From: a candidate division TM6 bacterium SOIL31
GTDB taxonomy: Bacteria; Babelota; Babeliae; Babelales; Vermiphilaceae
DNA length: 64,000 nucleotides
Reading direction: 5' to 3'
Assembly (NCBI GenBank): GCA_001468865.1
Contig: LDIY01000042.1
Span: 22,066 to 86,065 of the forward strand
Shown here: positions 57,287-64,000 of the stretch, piece after piece
Layout: the number at the start of each line of letters is the position of its first letter
Position numbering within the stretch: position 1 is the stretch's first letter
Program-made: the position numbers and the translations under genes
The notes under the pieces: model-generated
The model's database searches: none
Told to the model about the DNA's origin: nothing
What the model saw: only the letters and a program-made list of their open reading frames with translations

Positions 57287-58255
57287 TTACAAACCCTTTT
57301 CCTCAAAAACAATTGGTTTCTTTTCATGAAAAAGGTAAAGGCCAAAAACTACGCATATCATAGTAGCAAAGAAATGCCAGGTTACTTGTTCGTTCAAAAA
57401 AATCCGCCCAAGCAATGCTGCAAATAACGGCGTCATAAAACCTGCAAATGAAAGAAATGTTGCTGAATAGCGTGAAAGCAAATAACCATATAAATTATAA
57501 CCAATGATATTTGCAATAAGCACCAGCGCAAAGCTATAGACCCCTAACATGATAAATTGTTCTCCCATTAGCCCAAACCTATCAACCAGTTGCGGCAGAA
57601 CTACCGGTACATTTTTCACTATTGGCAATCCCTCTTTCACCAGAGAGAGAAGCAATGCCAAGATACCGCCCCCCGTCATACCTATTCCATTGATAAGCAC
57701 TAATGAATAATTTTTATCCATTAATTTTTTTACCATCATCCATCCATATGCGCTTGATACAACTGATGCAATAAGCGCAATTTCATAACATGATAAAAAT
57801 CCAAAATGCCAACCAATTTTTTCCAGTGGCGTTTGCGCGATTAGGATAGGAATAAATCCTAAAAATCCAATGATAAGACCACATATTTGTTTGCTCGTTA
57901 AACGTTCGTTGCGCAAAAAATAACATAAAAGTGCCGTAACAAATGGCGATAAATTATAGAGCAAACAAGCTTTAGCAGAAGTTACATATTCCAGAGCCCA
58001 AAATTCCAACGTATAGGCACAGAAAATATGAAATAAAATAATACGAGCAAATAATAAATAGTCAGCAAATTTAATCGTAGTGCGTTCTTTTCCCCGTAAG
58101 GTGTAATAGGCCAAAAGCATGCTGCCGCCAAGCATCATACGTATACCGATAAATAAAAATGGTGAAACGTATGAAAGTGCGGCTTTGCCGAGCGTAAAAG
58201 TACTGGCAAAAAGGAGGTATAAAAGGATGACAAGGACCATATATTCGCTCCACAA
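57287..58255 (-). CDS. EamA/DMT-superfamily transporter
   Basis: About 10 TM segments arranged as two EamA-like halves. Confidence 0.75.
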   Translation of the reverse strand: MWSEYMVLVILLYLLFASTFTLGKAALSYVSPFLFIGIRMMLGGSMLLAYYTLRGKERTTIKFADYLLFARIILFHIFCAYTLEFWALEYVTSAKACLLYNLSPFVTALLCYFLRNERLTSKQICGLIIGFLGFIPILIAQTPLEKIGWHFGFLSCYEIALIASVVSSAYGWMMVKKLMDKNYSLVLINGIGMTGGGILALLLSLVKEGLPIVKNVPVVLPQLVDRFGLMGEQFIMLGVYSFALVLIANIIGYNLYGYLLSRYSATFLSFAGFMTPLFAALLGRIFLNEQVTWHFFATMICVVFGLYLFHEKKPIVFEEKGL

Positions 58256-58344
58256 AATGGGAATTTAACTCGTAATTTACCTTTTATTATACCATTTTCC
58301 AGCCTTTTAACGAGCCCTATGATCTTACGTTTCTTTTTTACTAC

Positions 58345-58388
58345 GAAAGAAGCGAGACGCAGCCGTTGAGCCACATCTCGCCTCTTTC
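58345..58388 (-). terminator. Strong 3' stem-loop after the Cys-rich protein gene (no canonical T-tract)
   Basis: 13-bp stem GAAAGAAGCGAGA / TCTCGCCTCTTTC with one mismatch. Confidence 0.4.
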
Positions 58389-58404
58389 TATATATTGTAT
58401 GATT

Positions 58405-59244
58405 TTATTGAAGACAACACACGCATGAATGTATTCGATATACTAACTCAGTGATAGTCTTAAGCCAGGTCAGAATATCCGCATCACTACCATTAATAAT
58501 AGCATCAGCAACCGTAATTGGTGCACAGAGTGGAATATCAAGGAAAGATGCTTCCGCCGGATCACCAAGAGTAGTTTCTATAACTGAACAACATTCAGCT
58601 GATGTATCAATTACTGATTCAATCAACTCTTCAACATCATGTATTTTATGTCCCAGTTTTTTGCAACATTTTTTTGAATCTTTTTCCAGTTGAATTATGC
58701 GCTGATTAAGGATAGAAATGTAGGTGCGAAGACATGGATCTGTACAACATTTCTTACAAGGTTCTATATCTCCACAAGGATTACATGGATCAGCAAGTTC
58801 TTCACGTGGTGCGCGTGATGCATCAGCAGGAACTTCATCAAGCTCTGATTCTTTTGCTACTGCACGTGCTGCGGCAGCCACTGCTGCCATTCCATCACGG
58901 CATGTTTTTTGACAACCGCATTTTTCCAAATCTCCAACAACTCCGTCACGGCATGTTCTTTGACAACCGCAACATCTTTCCAGCACAAGTTCTCCGGAGA
59001 GTTCATCGCGTGTTGTTCTTGCACATCCACATTTCCCTGCATCTAATGTTGATTGACGGGAAAAGCTTCCCCCTGCTGCCAATGCTGCCATTTGAACATC
59101 TTTGATTGATTGCGCAAGCGCATCTCGCATTGATTTAGCTAATTGGCATGGGGAACATTTTGCAGCATCTGCTTGCGCTGCCAAAGGAAAAATCATTGCA
59201 CCCATCACCACCAGTGAAAAGGCTGATCTTATTATTGATTTCAT
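58405..59244 (-). CDS. Exported cysteine-rich protein
   Basis: Signal peptide ...PLAAQA/DA. About 30 Cys, including three tandem 17-aa CGCxxTxRD repeats, CNPCGDIEPCKKCCTDPC and the terminal SCVCCLQ. Confidence 0.8.
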   Translation of the reverse strand: MKSIIRSAFSLVVMGAMIFPLAAQADAAKCSPCQLAKSMRDALAQSIKDVQMAALAAGGSFSRQSTLDAGKCGCARTTRDELSGELVLERCCGCQRTCRDGVVGDLEKCGCQKTCRDGMAAVAAAARAVAKESELDEVPADASRAPREELADPCNPCGDIEPCKKCCTDPCLRTYISILNQRIIQLEKDSKKCCKKLGHKIHDVEELIESVIDTSAECCSVIETTLGDPAEASFLDIPLCAPITVADAIINGSDADILTWLKTITELVYRIHSCVCCLQ

Positions 59245-59274
59245 CTTCTTTACCTTTCTTAAAAAGTATCTTCT

Positions 59275-61164
59275 TTAGAAGTATATTACTAAGCCAAGAT
59301 GACCTTCAGATTCTTTCATCGCATGTCTACCAGAAACGATTTGTGTTCCACCACCAAAGATTTCAAAGTAGCCAGAACGATAGAAGATTTGACCACGCAA
59401 CTTATTGGTAAGCGAACGTGTATTATGCTCAAGAATTTCTACATCGAGCGGTTGATTTGGTCTACCAAATAAATCTGTTGCAGTTGGATTACCGTCATTG
59501 CACGGAACGCATGAACCAAGAGAAACATGATCATTACCCTTAGCAAACAATTCATAGCCAAGTTGGAATCCAAGATCAGGATTATGTGGATGGAAGAAAC
59601 TGAAATCAGTACGCAAGACAAAGTAATTCCATGCAACGCTTACATCAATTTCCGGTCCAATATTGACAACGGTCTGACCCGCAAATGGCGCTGCACGTTT
59701 TTCATTGCGTTTACATGCATGGTAAAAGTATGGACGAATTTCAAACGCAAACCACGGACATGGTTTCCAACCACCATCTAAACCAAGATTAATCACCACG
59801 TGACCATTGTTACCCGTTGGTTGATAGTAAATACGCTTAGCATTTTCTGCTCTTTTTGCAGTAGGGAATTGAACACCAAAAATACCATCAACAAACCAAT
59901 TATCGGCATCACCGATACCGCCATATAGTTGAGCGTTTAAATCGCCAATGCCTACAATGCGTTCATATGCGAGCAAATTAATACCATTATTTAAAAAGAA
60001 AGTTGATGCAGGTTCTGCTATTGCAAGATCCGCATCAATAATTGCTGTTATGTTAGTTAAAATATCTTGCGCATTCTGCGTGAGTTCATTGCCATTAGCA
60101 TCAGTAGCACGCGGAACCAAGAATAAGGTTGCTTGTGCACATCTATCTTTTGCTAAAACACCTGCGTAATCAACACCCATATTCATGTAATAAGTTTCGC
60201 CCTCAATACCTTCACCATCTGCTCCCAGTACCCCATTTACTTGACTTGCTTGTCTTCTGAAAGGAAGATTTGGTACCGTGCCATCATTACTTTTAGTGAA
60301 ATAACCAGCAAGGTTATTCATTGCCGGGCTCGTACCAGAAACTAACTGACCTGAAACATCCACCGATCCTGGAGGAGCATCAGCATAGTCTACTACCGCA
60401 ACAGGTGTTGGTATTTCTGATGGAGTGGTTACTGAATTAAAAACTAATGTACTTAAAAAATCAAATCGCATCGCGAATTCAACTTGATTAGGTTGTGGTC
60501 CTTCATCAGCGTTTACAATTCTGGTTACAAAAACATCATCCAATGTTTCTTCAAGTGCAGTGCTGGTATCTTGTTCAATTTCAATAATTTTATAGGGAAT
60601 ATATACACGACCACCCACATGGTATTTCTCATCACATCCCAGATTACTACGAGCAAAATCAACACCAATATGCGCGCCAGTTTCATTATAATCAAAAACT
60701 GGTCTGATACGTGCAAATGCTAAAAATGGGTTAATACTATTAACTAATTCTTGGTTGAGAGAAGCTGGTCCTGCAAAGGTGCCGTTATTAAACACATTTT
60801 CACCACGGAACACTGTTTGACCAAAGAACAATTCTGAAAGTGGTGCTGTATGCCGAGTTACTTTATCAGATCTATGTCTTGTGCATCCTTCAGTAACAGG
60901 ACCGCATGAATCAGCACATTTATCAAAAAATGCTCTACTTGCGGTACGCGTATACGCAGCGCCCCAGAAATGAATGTTCCAATCGGTGTTGGTTTTTTGG
61001 CTTGGCATTTGTTCATACCACCATGCTTGGTCGGCTGGGGCAAGTAACCAATGCATATAACCACGATCTTCTAAGCTGAGCGGCGATCTAAATTGAAAAG
61101 TCGCATGAAGTGCCCCACCACATAATGTGCCGAGCAGCACAATACTTTTTAAGGATTTCTTCAT
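59275..61164 (-). CDS. Outer-membrane beta-barrel protein (porin-like), Cys-containing
   Basis: ATG 61164 after AAGGAA. Signal peptide ...GGALHA/TF. Alternating-hydrophobic strands. Beta-signal-like C-terminus GHLGLVIYF. Confidence 0.75.
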   Translation of the reverse strand: MKKSLKSIVLLGTLCGGALHATFQFRSPLSLEDRGYMHWLLAPADQAWWYEQMPSQKTNTDWNIHFWGAAYTRTASRAFFDKCADSCGPVTEGCTRHRSDKVTRHTAPLSELFFGQTVFRGENVFNNGTFAGPASLNQELVNSINPFLAFARIRPVFDYNETGAHIGVDFARSNLGCDEKYHVGGRVYIPYKIIEIEQDTSTALEETLDDVFVTRIVNADEGPQPNQVEFAMRFDFLSTLVFNSVTTPSEIPTPVAVVDYADAPPGSVDVSGQLVSGTSPAMNNLAGYFTKSNDGTVPNLPFRRQASQVNGVLGADGEGIEGETYYMNMGVDYAGVLAKDRCAQATLFLVPRATDANGNELTQNAQDILTNITAIIDADLAIAEPASTFFLNNGINLLAYERIVGIGDLNAQLYGGIGDADNWFVDGIFGVQFPTAKRAENAKRIYYQPTGNNGHVVINLGLDGGWKPCPWFAFEIRPYFYHACKRNEKRAAPFAGQTVVNIGPEIDVSVAWNYFVLRTDFSFFHPHNPDLGFQLGYELFAKGNDHVSLGSCVPCNDGNPTATDLFGRPNQPLDVEILEHNTRSLTNKLRGQIFYRSGYFEIFGGGTQIVSGRHAMKESEGHLGLVIYF

Positions 61165-61224
61165 CAGTTTCCTTTTTTTTATTACGTCCATACTAACTAC
61201 CTTTTTTATTGCTGGTGTGAGATG

Positions 61225-61256
61225 AAGGGATGAGTGCAATTGCACCCATCCCTCTC
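61225..61256 (-). other. Intercistronic stem-loop between the large envelope-protein gene and the OMP gene
   Basis: AGGGATGAGTGCAATTGCACCCATCCCT (imperfect palindrome); no T-tract. Confidence 0.5.
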
Positions 61257-61259
61257 TTA

Positions 61260-64000
61260 TTAGTCTTCTATATTTGATGCTGTTACTATTTCATTGACAG
61301 TTGTATCAATATTCACAAACACAGCTGCAGTATCGATTGCATCTCTACGTTTACTATCTTCTGTACCAGGACCAAAGAGATCATATAAGGAACCGCGAAC
61401 AATGTTACCTTGAATGATGGTATCAAGAAGAGCTCCGTTATACTCTGGTCTAAAGCTATCGCCCGCACTTGCAGCATTTGCTCTACCGAACGTATTTTGA
61501 CGTTCAAATTCTAACACTGCATCATGAGTTTTGAGATAATTATAGAATTGTGCACCCGTTAATCCTGCTTGATCAACATTATCTGTTTGCAATAGTGTTG
61601 ATGCCATAATTCCTGCTGTTAAACGATTAGAAAGAACACCATCTTGATCGAGAACGATTGGATGAATACCACCAGTTCCTGGCTCAACGAGTACAAAGTT
61701 ACCACCACCAGCAAGATTAAATTGCGTTGTTCTTTCCAAAGTAGGATCAACATTTTCATCTTGTACTGCAAAATTGATATTAAATGAACTTCCTCCACTG
61801 TTACTCACCGCAACTAAGGATGCTTTGGTATCATCACCGGAGAAAATACGATCGTGTTCAAAGCGACCACTCATAAAGTTGAAAGTAATTGAATTAAGAT
61901 TGCTAAGATTATTAACAATATTTTCATTTGGAATTGGCATGAATGGACATACTCGTGCGCGTAGTACTGATGCTTCAGCATCAAATCGTTCAATACCCAC
62001 ACCAAGTCCCAAGAATCCTTGGCTACCAATTGAGAAGTTAGCATCGTCACCATCAAGCGTTAAAGTAAAGCTAACGCTATGACCAGCAGTCTCATCAACG
62101 TTTCCAATTTGAAGCACACCACCTTCATTGAAGTTGAAGTGCCCAATTGCAAACGCACCATTATCCGCAATGTTTAATTTAATATCTGTTGTTGGAATAA
62201 CGCATGTTGGTGTGTTGAGCGTTTCAATACCTACAAACGCATTGTATGGCAATGACGCTTGTGCATTATCAACGATTTCAATGGTGCCTCGACCAACAAT
62301 TTTAACACGGAACTGATCGGTGTTATGCAGATTCGCTCCAAAATTAGTTAAGTAGGAAAGAGGATTATGAATATCAGCTGCAGGAACTCCCACAATTGGA
62401 AGTGTTGAATCATGTGCACCATGAGGAATTGCAGCGAAGAAATCTTGCGCATTTACTGCTGGTTCAAATAAGAGTTTTGAATCGCCAGAGAAACGCAATG
62501 TTCCTAAACCAGTAATGAGCTGAGAACCTGGCTCGAACACTAATTTCAACTCTCCTGCAATTGCAACAATATCTGTTACATCAGTAAATGATGCCAAGTT
62601 CAGTGTACCTGTTGATTTCACCAAAATTTGGCGCTCTACGGCACTGTATAGTTCTAACACATCACAAGAAGCAAAGTTAGGTCCTTTGACAATTGCGCAC
62701 ATGTTATTAATCTCTAAATCGCTATTGACAACCACCTGACCAGAACCATCTGCAATAATGATAACACCATTCACACCAAGTGCTGTTTGATTATCAAGAC
62801 CGATGCGGCCATTATTGCGGAGAACTACTGTTGCCACAGGCGCTTCTGCGCTACATTGCGTTGGTATGAAGGTTAAGCTACGAACAAAACCACCATCAAT
62901 TAAGAACTGTGCAGGATCACCGATACGCGTTCCTTGTAACTGTAAATCATCAACTTCACCTTGAATAGTTGGTAATGATGTTACGTTTGCTTCAGTTACT
63001 ACAGGACAGGTACACGAACTAGTGCAACAACTGAATGGTAAGAAGTTCGGACAGTCTTTTTTAGCAAGCAACCAATTCAATATATAAGTAGATAATTGTT
63101 GATCTGGTCCGATAATAACTTGATCTTCAAGATCACTTAAATCGATATCCCACGTTGCAATACCTGCACCATCACAGAAGAATACTTGGCTTGCAGGAAG
63201 ATCAACGATCCCGTTATGACTCTTAATAACCATCACGCATATATTTGCGATAAATCCAGGTTCGATACTAAATTTACCATTCAAATCAACAAATATGGCA
63301 TTTTTACCCGTGATCATACTTCTGGTTGGAGGAGTAGTACGCCCTTCAAATGAGAACACATTACCTGCAATACGCAACCATGGATTTGTATCGATGTTAA
63401 AGCCTGTTGTATCAGCATTCACACCAATGGAAATATTACTATTACCACCCAAGAATATGGTGTGAATTGAAGTTGTATCATCTACAATATTGTTATTGAT
63501 GGTGTCATCATTAGATGCCGTTTTAAGATCTAATGTTTGATTACCATTTGGATCAAGTGGATTAAGTGCTGATATTATTGCTTCATCCTGTTCCATAATA
63601 TCAAGATGAGCATCTGCGCTGATGCGAGAACAACCATCGGCTGCAGTTGAACCAATACGCGTACCAAGAATCATCTGACGACCGGTACCATTATCAACAC
63701 ATGAACCATTTGAGAAGAAAATAAACTGAGAAAGATTTGCGCGAAGCACGCCGAGAGAATCAACATAATTTGGCACGACTAAATCTAATCCAGTCAGTGC
63801 TATATCAGTATGCACTTGAAGCTGAGCGTTAATGAAACGTATATTTGGTCTTACATCTGAAGATAATAAATTGAATGTATCACCACCGATATACGCTGGT
63901 TCAGATCTTAAATCGCTGTTTGGGCACACCGTATGACATTCATCAGTGTGATTTAACACGGTATCCATTAAATTCATTCTGTTGTTGATCAAGAACGCAC
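61260..64000 (-). CDS. Very large Cys-containing repetitive protein, possibly beta-helix-like (surface/envelope candidate); 5' end may lie outside the window
   Basis: >900-aa ORF, still open at the window edge (first in-window ATG is 63977). Gly/Asn/Asp/Thr-rich repetitive segments that may be beta-strand-rich. CCTSSCTC cluster. Confidence 0.75.
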   Translation of the reverse strand, partial: AFLINNRMNLMDTVLNHTDECHTVCPNSDLRSEPAYIGGDTFNLLSSDVRPNIRFINAQLQVHTDIALTGLDLVVPNYVDSLGVLRANLSQFIFFSNGSCVDNGTGRQMILGTRIGSTAADGCSRISADAHLDIMEQDEAIISALNPLDPNGNQTLDLKTASNDDTINNNIVDDTTSIHTIFLGGNSNISIGVNADTTGFNIDTNPWLRIAGNVFSFEGRTTPPTRSMITGKNAIFVDLNGKFSIEPGFIANICVMVIKSHNGIVDLPASQVFFCDGAGIATWDIDLSDLEDQVIIGPDQQLSTYILNWLLAKKDCPNFLPFSCCTSSCTCPVVTEANVTSLPTIQGEVDDLQLQGTRIGDPAQFLIDGGFVRSLTFIPTQCSAEAPVATVVLRNNGRIGLDNQTALGVNGVIIIADGSGQVVVNSDLEINNMCAIVKGPNFASCDVLELYSAVERQILVKSTGTLNLASFTDVTDIVAIAGELKLVFEPGSQLITGLGTLRFSGDSKLLFEPAVNAQDFFAAIPHGAHDSTLPIVGVPAADIHNPLSYLTNFGANLHNTDQFRVKIVGRGTIEIVDNAQASLPYNAFVGIETLNTPTCVIPTTDIKLNIADNGAFAIGHFNFNEGGVLQIGNVDETAGHSVSFTLTLDGDDANFSIGSQGFLGLGVGIERFDAEASVLRARVCPFMPIPNENIVNNLSNLNSITFNFMSGRFEHDRIFSGDDTKASLVAVSNSGGSSFNINFAVQDENVDPTLERTTQFNLAGGGNFVLVEPGTGGIHPIVLDQDGVLSNRLTAGIMASTLLQTDNVDQAGLTGAQFYNYLKTHDAVLEFERQNTFGRANAASAGDSFRPEYNGALLDTIIQGNIVRGSLYDLFGPGTEDSKRRDAIDTAAVFVNIDTTVNEIVTASNIED

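Noticed and set aside
58895-59031. Short direct repeats as a possible CRISPR array
   Set aside because: There are only two to three copies at 51-nt period, inside a clean ORF, in register with codons (17-aa protein repeats). No cas genes are present.

Overview
Gene-dense, AT-rich bacterial chromosomal segment. Housekeeping genes: ctp (5'-truncated by the window), glmS, rpsI, a dksA-like gene, tadA, gyrB, tilS, dnaJ plus a second small J-protein, sufS/D/B/C with a remote sufU-like scaffold, hup, tRNA-Leu(UAA), tRNA-Cys(GCA), lepB, an M23 peptidase, a complete batABCDE-like operon, plsC, topA and metG. These are interleaved with many lineage-specific ORFs, most with signal-peptide-like N-termini. 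Envelope genes indicate a diderm: an outer-membrane beta-barrel ending in Phe, a TonB-like protein and the Bat proteins. The gene content fits a host-associated, reduced-genome lineage such as Dependentiae/TM6, but that is inference only and cannot be confirmed without a database search. Most notable observations: (1) a minimal polymorphic-toxin-like gene (signal peptide, Hint domain, TM segment, C-terminal toxin-like module) translationally coupled (ATGA) to a candidate immunity gene; (2) 17 predicted exported proteins share a leader ending in an invariant Met at residue 20-26, and four of them form a tandem paralogue array; (3) a terminal three-gene envelope cluster: Cys-rich periplasmic protein, Cys-containing beta-barrel, and a >900-aa Cys-containing repetitive (possibly beta-helix-like) protein; (4) two repeat families. 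One is MITE-like inverted-repeat elements with 10-bp target-site duplications. The other is short hairpin units, one apparently inserted in-frame in metG; (5) a recurrent GGGG(T/A)CCCC-core palindromic element next to rpsI, gyrB, the J-protein gene, hup and the tRNAs; (6) a PilB/GspE-type ATPase split into two overlapping ORFs; (7) a suf operon interrupted by an opposite-strand gene. No rRNA, CRISPR array, transposase or integrase gene was seen.
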